A stretch of 64,000 bases of DNA from the NCBI GenBank assembly GCA_050084985.1, contig JBITNC010000001.1:187860001-187924000 (forward strand), in the 5' to 3' direction. Both the position numbers and the translations under genes were made by a program. The notes under the pieces were generated by a model, which saw only the letters and a program-made list of their open reading frames with translations, was not told the DNA's origin and did not search any database. The DNA comes from Nageia nagi (lineage: Eukaryota; Plantae; Pinophyta). This document shows positions 48,701 through 60,700 of this stretch, piece after piece. Numbering within the stretch: the first letter of the stretch is position 1; each line of letters begins with the position of its first letter.

Positions 48701-51700
48701 TGATAGTACTCTACCGCATGTTCTACTGTGAAGACGTAATATGCCAGCTCCATCTTTATCGTCTTGACTTGATGCCATGATGTGCATCTGTACTCCCCTA
48801 TGCGGATAGGTAATTTGCATGTGGTGGCACCTTTCTTGCACTAAACTTTCTCGTGCAAGTACGAAAAGTGTCTACAAAATTCCATCAAGATGAACCTATC
48901 ACTTGCGTAACAAGGAAGTCTGTAAGGTGGCTCAATTGACCCGTAAACCCTGATATATGTGACATCTGTCTCTTCAAGATAAAAATCTGCATGTCCTCGA
49001 AGAACTTGGATTGCTACTTGTGATATCCTGGTCATATTGACGGTCCCCTTTACCTTGCATATATACGGCACTCGAATCCTTCATTCATCATTTTGAATTC
49101 TTCCCACCGGTTTTCCAACATGAATCTAGGGTAACTCTGCCATACTAGCATTTCTGGATCAAAGAGGTACTTGGTATCTGCTATGGTGGATTTTCTATTC
49201 TTGCCATGTAGAAGCAGAAATACCAAGTAAGAGCTCATGTAGAATCTCTTTGTTTCTACGATTCTAGACAACTGTTGAGCTAAGTAGTCACTGATCACCT
49301 TACTCCATCTAATCCCTTTGCCTCTGTTGATCTGATCTATGAAGCCCACGAACTCCTTTCTAAATCTTTGATCATTTTCTTGTCCTGTGATCCTACACAG
49401 CATACTAATAATGGTCGAGACTGTAGGATAGAAGTCTATCCTTCTGGGTTGACTTAAGGCCTTTGCCTTGTAATCTTTGCACTTGTCAACTAACCAGTCT
49501 TTTATCAAATTCCTCGGCTTGGTCAGGCTATTATACAATCTGATAGACTCTTTCATGGAGAATATGATGCCTTCGTTACTCCATGCAAATGCGCTCTCTA
49601 TTCCTTCCATAGTGAAATCTAGTATATTTGTGCCTTCATTGTTGAGGAGGACTCTCTCCTTTGTGTCGCAATATCTTGCTACCTCAAGGCACAGTTCTGG
49701 GAATGGAGTGGTAAAAGGGATCAAAGAAGCTTCAACGATCCTGCATTGAGCAAGTGCATCGTTGAACAATCGTTTGTGTGGGATCTTGGCCATCTTCTCT
49801 AATGCCTTGACGGGGTCAGTGTTTGCCCAATCTATGTCCCTGATTTGTCCAAGGCCATCTACTAGCACAGTTGTAGGGAAGAGAGCCTTCCCTTGTTTTT
49901 CCAAGATGATTAGACTAATCTTCACGAGCTTCTCCATCTGGAGCTCTTTGTTTTTCTTATCAATGCTCATGATTCAAACCTGTGGAGTACAACAAGGTGT
50001 TAGGAGTGGTATTGGATATCTCTGGAGCGATTTTGGAGCAAAAAGAAATAGTCAAATTTTTTGATTATTTTGGTTTTTTTAGAAGCTGTGTGGATTTTCG
50101 AAAATTTTGAAGTTCGTCGAAAGTGGGAAACAAGTACATGGGGTGTTGGAAAATAAATCTAGGAGGCTTGTGGCCAAGTCTTGGAGAAAACTTTTGAATT
50201 TTCAGGGTCCGAATTAACTCGCTATTTTTTTAGCCCATGTATTCGTTTTTTTGACAGGTTTTTACAGCTTCGAAGCTTGAAAAGATAGGGATGTAAAATG
50301 GGTTTTCAAGCTTTGTTTTTGGGAAGTGAATGATGGAGAATGCTTTCCTATATGGGATCTATCACTTTGGTATTCACTTCGAAGTTTGGATCACTCAAAA
50401 TTTTGGAGGTTTTTGGCCTTGAAAAAGTGTTTTTTGTGTTTTTTCACTTTTTTTCAAAAAGCTTGAAAATGGTGAAAATGGCCAAAAGATAGGGGGGTCC
50501 GAAATTTCGAAAAAATTTTAAAAATGGATTTGATCTAATGGGTGGATAGAGGATGGAATTCTAAAATCCTTGAAAAAGTTTGACAAGGTTTTGACTTATT
50601 TTGGATCTTGTGAGCAATTTTGAAGTTTTGAGCAAGTTTGTGAGGATTTTGCTCAAAAATGGGTGCATGGAGGCTCAAGGAGAATGTTTGTGAAGCAAAT
50701 GAAAGGCTTAGGGGGGAATTTATAGGTTTTTTGTGCCTTTTGCATGCTCCTTAGTGGGTATTTGACCTAAAAAGTGCTCTAGGGGTGCATTTTGCATAGT
50801 TTTTAAGTTTTTGGAGCCTTTAAACACTCCATAAGATTGCAAACCTGCGCCTAACTGTTTGAGGCACTTCCTTGGGTCAAAATGGAAAAATTCAAAGTTT
50901 AAATGTGCCCAAAATCAAATTTTGATGACTTTTGGGGCTTTCTCCTTGCATCTAGGCGCCAATTTTCACTTTTTTGGGTTCTCCAATGGCTTGGAAACCT
51001 ACGCCTGACTTTTTGGAGAGTTTCTAGTGCCTTTCCATTGCTCAAAATTCGAATTTTGTAGCTCTAAATGTGCTCAAAATGGGGTTTTCCATGCAATTGA
51101 CACCTTGGGATCAAATTTTAGTGCATTTTTCACTTATCCCTCCAAGTTAGGCGCCTTTTTCATCCCTATGGAATTAGAAACATTTGCAAACCTTCGCCTA
51201 GCCTTTGGAGGGTCAAAACTTGCTCATTTTCGAATTTTTCAAGACTTAAATGTGCTAGAAATCACATTTTACACCTTGTAGACCCCTCAAACTTGAATTT
51301 TGACTAAAATTTATCAAATTCCTTGATTCTAGGTGCCATTTTTCACTTCAATGGTTTTGGAAACATCTAGAAACTTGCGCCTAGCATTCTAGGGGTCTTT
51401 ACTTGCTCAAAACCAAACATTTCGAGACCTAATGTGGCTTAGAACCATCTTTTCCACTCATTCATGCATTTAGATTTTATTTTTGATGCATTTCCACTTT
51501 TTCTTTACTATCTAGACGCCAAAATGCATCTCTATGGATTTCCCATAGGCTTGAAAAACTGTGCCTAGCCTCAAGGTGCCTTAGACTTGGTCAAAATCGA
51601 AAATTTTGAGTCTTAACTATGATAGAATTCACCTTGTCTCTCCGAATATGCTCTTAGACTTGAATTCTGATACCATTTGTATTTATCTATAAGAAACATG

Positions 51701-54700
51701 CACCATTTTTCCCTCACTTGGATCTTCAATACCTTGGGAAAACGTGCCTGGGACTAAGGCTACTCAAACTTTCATTTTCGAACATTCTGGACTCAATCTG
51801 TGCATTTCTGGCCACTCCTCGCATTTCCAAGCTCAAACTCAACCAAAACACCCTTTCTGGTACCTCCGAGCTCAAACTCTGTATTTTCAATGATTTATGA
51901 GCTCAAAAGGTGCAAAAATGACTATTTCTGCCTTTCTGGGCTCCATCATTTCAAGCATTTCTGGGCTCAAAGTATTCAATTCCGACCATTTTCAGCATTT
52001 TCGAGCCCTTGGTGTGAAAAAACGACTTTTCCGGCATTTTTGAGCATTTCTAGCCATTCTAGGCTCAATTCGTCACTTTCAGTCATTCCGGAGCTTTCCG
52101 AACTCAAATCGTGCAAAATGCACTTTTTTTACCATATTGACCATTTTCAGGCCCAAAAGTGACCAAAACACGCCTTTCTACCTTACTTGCCCCTTTCCAA
52201 TTTTCCAAGGTCAACTTTGACAAAAACGTCCATTTTTGTCATCCTTGTCATTTTCAAAGCACCTGGACTCAAAAGTGACAAAAACAGTCATTTTTGCTAC
52301 TTAGGTACCTTTGCGATTCTATGATGCTAGGCACCTATGAGCTCAATTCCTGAAAAAACTCTTTTTTGTCAACTCTATCAATCTTCCGCTCAAATGCTGT
52401 GAAAACGCGCCTTTTATGCTATGTTAGTCGCTTGGTGAAAAACTCCCTTTTTGGTTGTTGTCCTTATCCAAAAATGTATCCTGCTTGATGTTGCTTGAAA
52501 CCGAATCATGAATGGCCCCTGAACGCACTGAATTGACTTGGTGCCTCTATGGGTATTTGTGTGCACTACTTCATCACTTGGCCGCTTTGACTCTTTTCTC
52601 TAGCCGTCGTATAGTCACCTCCAGGCAATGTCGTCCATTGCCTCCAAAAAAGTAGGATCCCCAAAATGCTACATCTTGGGGTGTGTTGTGCGGGCACAAC
52701 AGACCCTATGTGGACGACCAGTGTCATGTGTTGGACCCCTCTACGTGTTGTTTGACTCCTACCAACCATCGTGGATTATTTGTTAGCCACTGTTTCATCC
52801 AATCACACCTTGCTCATGTACCTTTTGTTGGACCCTACCTTCTATTAGCTCGCTCTCCTCTGCATCTCGTGCCCACTTAAAACCTTTTTGCATGGACTAC
52901 AACCTAACATCCCGTTAGCGATCCTTTTCTCGATCGTGTACCTAACATGATGGAGCCGTATACCAACCCTCCTCTCTGCATTGCCCAACCAACTTGACAA
53001 CACCCTACCAACACGGAGCATTCTATGTGGACCCGCATGCCCTCTAAAACCGTGGTGGACCCCACCAACTCCCTATACCTTCCTTGATTGCCCAATCAGA
53101 CCCACCCAATCAACTACTCAATCAACATTGTGGATGCCTTTGACCCTTTTAAAATTTTTGAAATTCCAAAAATATTTTTGGCCATAATATAGCTCCAATT
53201 TGAACGAAATTTTTTCATTGGACCTAGATTTTTGAAGACTACAAATTGAGAATAGTTTTATTTTTTATGGTGTTTATAAAGACATTTTGTTGGGCAAAAA
53301 CATTTTGTGAAGAAATTTTTTTAAAGAAATATTTGAGTTTGGAAGCTTTGTAAATATGAATTCCCTTGTGAGTATTGTTGGTGTTGTATTGACTAGGAAA
53401 GAAAATTATCCGAAGTGATCTAGAAAGATCAAGCATATTCTTATTTTCAATGTTTTTTGGAAGGATATTTGTGATGGAGATACTATCCCCACCAAAACCA
53501 CTAATGCCAAGGAGCTTGCAATTTGGAAACACAAAAATATTAAGGCATATGCTTTAATTGCCACTTCAGTGAGTGAAAAGGTTAATTGCCACAGTAACTC
53601 CATTGATGATGCATGTAATGCTTTGAAAAAGTTGAAAGATTTGCATGACTCTCATTCTGTATTGGAAGTGATCCAATTATAATAGAAGCTTTTCAAAATA
53701 GAGTTGAAAGACAATGGATCTCATGGCGTTGATTCAGAGATTAGAGCCATTATGCATGACTTAAACTCTATATGTGTGAAGATTGATATTGCTCTTGCAG
53801 CCTTGATCAAGGCTCTCTATCTCACATATTCACATTATCTTGAATCCCTACAAGCAAGTGGAAAATTGATGGCCCTCACTTTTGACACATTGGCAGATAA
53901 GATTGAGAAACGCAAGAAGGCATTTGGAGAAAAGATGAGTGAGTTTATTGTTGATACATTGTGCAATGCTCAAAAGCGGAACAATGTACATGATTCTTCT
54001 CATGGAGAAAGTAGCAATCGTGGTCATAGTAGGAAGAATTTAAGAGGTAGGTGGGGTAGACAAAATCAAGGTGATTGTGGCAAGAAAGACAATCTTCATT
54101 GTGTTCCTTATGACGAAAAAGGGCACGACTCCAGTACTTGTTGGATTCCATGGGAGAAGATAAAAGAAAAAAAGGGAGCATCAAAATGATAAGAGTAAGA
54201 ACTCTGATTCCACTCATTTTGTGATTGTTGAATGCAACACTAGTGTTGACACATTGTTCAATACTTCATTTGCGCCTTGGGAGGTTGCTTGATACTAGTG
54301 CGACATGTCATATGAACTTTCATAAGGATTTTTGGAAGAGATGAATGATAACATTGATGAAGAAATGTACTTTGCTAATAGATCCAATATTAAACTCCTC
54401 AGGTATTGGTACTGTGAGACTCAAATTGTCAGGATTTTTTGATGTACTTCTTCATGATGTTTCCTACCTTCTTAAATTGTGAAGGAACTTATTATCTCTA
54501 GTGCTAATTCCTCAACAATGATATTCCATTCACATGTTTGACGGCAAAGTGGAGATAAGGAAGCCTTCTAAAAACAAAGTTGTGATGACTAGTGGGTAGG
54601 ATGAGCAATTATTAAAGCTTCATGTGTCTTCTACTTGATCCAGGAATTTCGCATATCTCACTCATCAAAAAACAGGTACACTCTCATCAAGTCTCTTATG

Positions 54701-57700
54701 GCATGCAAGATTTGGATATCTCAATTTTGGTGATCTTTGTTTGTTGAAGAAGAATGGTGCTTATGGATTGCCTACCATACCAAGGGAAATAGAACCTTAT
54801 GAAGCATGTGTCCTTGGTAAGCACAACAAGAGACCTTTTGTTGATTCAAAATGGAGAGCATACTTACACTCTGATTTTTGTGGCCTTTTACATGTATTAT
54901 CTGTTTCCTGAAATAAATATGTCATGACACTTATTGATGATTACAACAAGATGTGTTGGGTTTATTTGTTGAAAAATAAGTCTCAAGCATTTGAAAATTT
55001 TAAGCAATTTCATGTTAGCATTGAAAAAGGAAGCACACATTCATATTGGTACACTTCGTTCTGATAATGGTGGTCGATATACTTCAAATGAATTTAAAAA
55101 CCATCTTAGCCAACATGGGATCAAAAATCAAACTATTGTTTCATATAACCCATAGCAAAATGGTGTAGCAGAGAGGATGAACAAGACTCTTTTGAATATG
55201 ACACGTGCTATGTTGTTTTTCAAAAATGTGAAGTTAATGTTTTGGGGTGATGCAATTCAATGTAGCCAAAAGTATGAACATCTATGGAATGTGGTATGGC
55301 CGACTTCCTTCAATTATGCATCTTAGGGCTTTTGGTTCCACTTGTTATGATTTAATACCTAAGGAACAAAAAAACAAACTTGGTGCTAGGAGTCCTAAAT
55401 GCATTTTCTTGGGGTACTTTGGGTTATAAGCTTTATGACCAGGTAAAAAGGGATGTAATTTTTCTTGAATGCTCGAAGAGTGACATGACTGTTGACCGGC
55501 AACTTGATCACCTTGAGAAGTTTAACTGTAGAAAGCATTACATTGAGGCTAATTATGAGATTCCAAATGCTGAAGAAGGGAAAACTATATTGGATCAACA
55601 TTTGGAATCTACATCACTTGTTCTAGTTCCTATAGAACAAGCACCCCCTCCACAACAAGATCTTTCATGTTGATCATATTCAAATGGTCAGTTGGATGAT
55701 GTAATTTAAGGGATTGGTAAGTTGAGTCTTGATGGGAATGTAGCACCTCCCTCAACCCTTGGAGCAACCTAAACCATCATAGAAGATTCCAAAATGGGCC
55801 ACAAAAACACTTTTGAGTGTTCATCCTAATGAAGTTGGGAAGATGGGAACTAGGAGTTCCTTTCAAGCTAGACAAGAAGGTGGAGCAGTAGAAAAGTCAA
55901 AGTGATGTTGAATTTTTCTACTAATTTTGAGCCAACTTCCTTTAAAGAAGCTTTTTCTCATGATGTGTGAAAAGAAGCCATGAAGGAGTATGATGCCCTC
56001 ATCAAGAATGCGACAAGGAAGTTGGTGGATCCCCCATATGGAACCAAACCAATAGGTTGCAAATGGGTTTGTAAAAACAAGTACAAACAATATGGCTCAC
56101 ATGACAAACATAAAGTGAGGCTTGTGGCTAAGGATTTTGCATAGAAGAATGTATTGACTATGATGAAAAATTTGCTTGTAAAGCTAAGTGGGCTACCATT
56201 CGTTTCTTTGTTGGCAATGTTAGCTCAGTATGGGTAGAAAGTTCATCAAATGGATGTAAACACTCCATTCTTGAATGGTGATTGAAAAGAGAATGCGCAT
56301 AAAACAACTAAAAGGCTTTGCAGTGAAGAGTTAAGAATATAGAGTGTGAAAGCTAAAAAGTCCTTGCATGGCCTAAAGCAAGCACCTCACATATGGTATG
56401 AAAAGCTTACCGAGCATCTTTTGAAAATCAATTTTAAGCACTTTAATCTTGATGATGAAACTTTATTTGTCAAGAGAATTAGCAAAATTGTCGCGTATCT
56501 TATGGTGTATGTAGATGATCTTTTGATATCAAGAAACAATGAGACAAGGTTTGGAGAAAAGCTTTGAAATGATAGATATGGGACATCTTCACTATTACTT
56601 GGGTGTTGAAGTGACTCAAACACCAAGTTGTATTTTCATTTTCCAAAGAAAGTACATTGGAAAGTTGTTGAATAAATTTGGCATGGCAAATTGTAATCCT
56701 CTCTCAACTCCAATGGAGCAAAATTTGAAATTGAAATCAACTAAAGGGAACCAATTTGAGGATGCTACAAAATATAAACACCTTGTAGAAAGTCTCATTT
56801 ATCTAACCACAACAAGACCAAAAATTTCATTTGTGGTTGGAATCCTTTCTTGGTGCAAAAATCATGTGTAAGGACATTGGAATGTAGCAAATAGAGTCCT
56901 TTGATATTTCAAGGGAACTCAAGATTTTGGGCTCAAATATTCTAAGATGAGACTTCAAATTGATTAGATATTCAGATTTAGACTTCGATGGAGACAAAGA
57001 GAAACGATTTCTACTTCAAGCTATCTCATAAGTCTTGGATCGATAGCTATATCTTGGAAATCATGAAAGCAATCTTTTTCGACAGATTCCACTACAAAGG
57101 CAGAGTATGTGGCTGTTGCCAATGCAATAGAGGAGATTGTGTGGCTCAGGAAGATACTGGAAGATTTGTTGGAGAAACAAGTGCAACCAACTCCACTTCT
57201 GATTAATAACACTTTTGAAATACAATTAACTAGGAATCCTAAATTTCATGATTGAACAAAGCACATCAACATAGTATCATTTGATTCAACATCATGTAGA
57301 GGTCAAGACAATTCAGTTTAAGCATTGTTCCACTGATGAGCAAACTACAAACATCTTCACCAAAGTGCTTGGGCAAGAAAAGTTCGAGAAGTTCAAAAAG
57401 ACGCTTGGACTTACAAATACCACTTCGGATTAGGGGGGGATTGTTAAACACTTGATCCTTAGGGATTATGGTATTTGTAATAAAGTAGTATTGTTTACTA
57501 AATATAGTAAATTTGTATACAGGAGATTAGTAGAATATTAGGAGTCATAAGGCAATGCATATGAAGAGTCCATGTGTAATTCAAAGGTCACCCATGAAGG
57601 TAAATCCATAGAAACATTTTGATATTGTATTTATTCTCATCTTGAATCTAATACAATGGTTTTTTTCTTGGAGTTAATGGACAAATCCAAGTTGGTGAAA

Positions 57701-60700
57701 TACTTAGTATAGTCAAGTTATTTCTTATTCATGTTGATTCTTTCTCAAGGACCAAAACCATAGATGAACCAGCATCATTCATAAGATTCAAGCAAAAACT
57801 AAAAGGTTTTCTTATTCTTGAGTGCACATTGCAACCATCATCCAAATGTTGTTGTTATGGACTTGAATAATGTTAAAAGAGTTTGCCCCTTACTGCTACA
57901 TCTATTGTAGCCTATATATATCCCTAGTCTTATTCTTGTTACTATCATCTCTCTATCCTGAATTTGTACATCACTATAGATCATGTATATTTGTACCACA
58001 TCATATAATATAGAATATAAAAAAATTGGAACACATTAAAAAAGTGCTGGAAAAGTTAATTGTAAAAAAAAGGAATACAAGGTGGTACATATGTTATATT
58101 TAAAAACATGCAAAAATTAAAAATAAAACAAATGAATGAAACATGTATATAAAGTGTTACTAATTAATCTTTTGTATTCCAGTAGATAAAATGTGTAAGA
58201 CAAGATTGATGTTTCAGATCATACTCTTTGAGCCTTCATCAAAATACAACATTTGAAGTTCATTGTTTAGAAACTACCTATTAAATAGGCTAATGTTGAG
58301 ATGGGTCCTATCACATTATTTTGCAGCCGATCCAATGCCCATGATTGAGGACAAGGTATTCTTTCCATACCAAATGTTATACTTATACCAAATTCTGATT
58401 ACTTTCAGCATTGTAATCAAACAATTCCATGACCATTGCAATCTTGCTTTGCACATAGATTTAAATAGCGCTCTCTTTTTGGCCTCTGTTTCAGTAGATT
58501 TGTGTTCTTGATGTGGGCTGTCCACTTTCCTAGAAGATGCCTCTCTATACGGATCTGATTTTTTTTGCTTGTTTACCTTCATAAGTATAACCATACAACT
58601 CAAACTCTTACCACGCACCAATTTCCATCTCCATTATTTCAAGTAAGTTGCGCCCTTCTGCCCTAGTCCTTCTTAATTCATTTGGGCTTCTTCTAATTGT
58701 GTTGATTTTGACAAGAAATTTTCGTTCCCTAGTGCCTTAGATGACCCAAAGAATCTCAAGTTCATCTAGGAATAGAACGACTTTGTTTGTTCTACTTCTA
58801 CCTATGCTACTCGCATGATGGATTTCATATAAAGATGAGACATTAAACTTTAATGCCAAGATACAATTGCAACAATTTTGGAATAGTTGAAAGTAAAATC
58901 ATGCTATATAATAACAGATTCCAGGTAAAGCAGTCTTGAATAACATTTTCCTTGAATTAGTATTTTGCTAGAAATGAATACCAACAAGCCAGAACCCAGG
59001 TGTTTCCAAATAGGGACACTTGTCCTTTGGACCTTAGGCATGTTTTTATCATTGAATCTTGACAGTTATACACTTCATAATATTAACCATGAAATCATCA
59101 ATCCATTCAATTCACTTGGAAGATCAACAAAATTGGATCACAAGATTGATCCCTCCTTTTTCCATATCTAGTGCCAGCTAATCAAAAGTGAAAAAGAGAA
59201 ATAACTCCACTCCACTCCACTGTGGAAACTTCAACCCAACATACTTACATACAAAAATATTTTGCAATTATTAATTGAAAGTAGATGTTTTATTCAAGAA
59301 ATGCCCAATTTTGAGCAATGATTTAAGGGGAATACACTTCAAGGATATAAACCATGCTATATACCTATTAAAATATTATATGATAGAAAACTACTCTTTG
59401 ATACTACTAATAATGATCATCATCAAAGTAATAATAATAGGAAGAAAAAGATTGTAAATTTGTAACCGTATAAATCATGTGACCCTTAATTCAAACAAAT
59501 ATTTCTTTTTGAATTAATCATCATTGACAATTATCGATCTTGTTACATACAAGTTTTGTAAGAGTGTTTTGCTTAAAGAATTTCTCATTGGAATCCTAAG
59601 ATTCACAAGATTGTTAATAATCATTAGCAACAATGAAGAATGGAGATCAGTTGAACACCCCGTGTGACTAAGTTGAATCTATGAGACTTCCACTATCAAA
59701 ACCCAATTTGAACACATTTTTGTTCAAATCAGAAACCTTGCATAAGAGATTCAAACAAGTGACTCATAATTATCTAATCAAAATTGGAAGTAAAACATCT
59801 TTTTTCTCATTAACATAATATAAATTCTCTAAACAACATCCAAAATTGTTCTCAGGGCCCTAGAAGAACCGGCTTAAAACACCAGAAGATTTAAATGCAA
59901 AGTATTCCGTTGGAAAAATACTCACTTCCTTCGTCAATGAGTCTATCACTGTTGTATAAAAGTCAATAGCATCCACCCTTTCACCCCAAAGGCCAAGAAA
60001 TCCTTTCTGCATGAAAAAATAAACGCCAAAATGTCAATTTGTGCTTAATATTCACCAAGAACAAAGCAATAAGTCTATCACTTTCCCAACCATTCCAAAA
60101 AGATCATATTTTATATTATACAGACTCAAGCCAATGAATATGTTGATTTAATATTACTTTCTAGACATAGAACACAATTGCCTGGAAAGTAGTAATGTAC
60201 TTTTGTTAATGGCCTCTTCTCTGGATGTCTTTCATACTTGTTCTGATTGTAAGCCAGCCAATCTTTCAAGCTCTCCTTCTTCTGTACTATCTTTGCTAGT
60301 TTATTGGCATTGTAAACAACCTACAATAAATTGTGAACAAAACGTGAGGTCTTCTGACATGATATCAATCATATTATTACAAAATCAAATGCACTTGTAC
60401 TCCTAACCCTGAAATGTTAGCACACAAACAATGGTGACAATTTGTGTATCTCTATATGATTTGACACAGTAGTGGTCAACCTTTTATCCTTTGAATGTTT
60501 GGTGTAAATTGTGTAGATGATGTTCTTTTCACATGATCAATTGACCAGCCACTATACTTGTTAGCACAAAAACAATGGTGATAATTTGTGTATTTCTATA
60601 TGGTTTGACACAATAGTGATCAACTTTTTATTGATATCAATTCGTAAAGGAATATTCACGATCTCTGACTAGGATGTTAAAAACTACTACACACAATTCA

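Larger units (their letters stand above)
45459..52701 (-). mobile_element. Giant-LTR-like family, copy 5 (7.24 kb, complete ends, carries long ORF), nested in the Copia 5' leader
   Basis: Minus-strand termini TGTTGTGCCCGCACAACA... and ...GGGAAAGAAAAGCATCCCAACA. Perfect TSD GACCC at 45454-45458 and 52702-52706. TATA motifs at ~50718-50725 and ~46530-46538. No internal LTR pair, gag or pol seen. Confidence 0.9.
44613..57690 (+). mobile_element. Full-length degenerate Ty1/Copia element interrupted by a nested insertion
   Basis: ~250-bp LTRs at 44613-44861 and 57442-~57690 (about 10 mismatches in the first 60 bp). PPT AGGGGGGA precedes 57442; decayed PBS (..ATTAGAGC); gag-pol at ~53450-57430. 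Confidence 0.88.
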
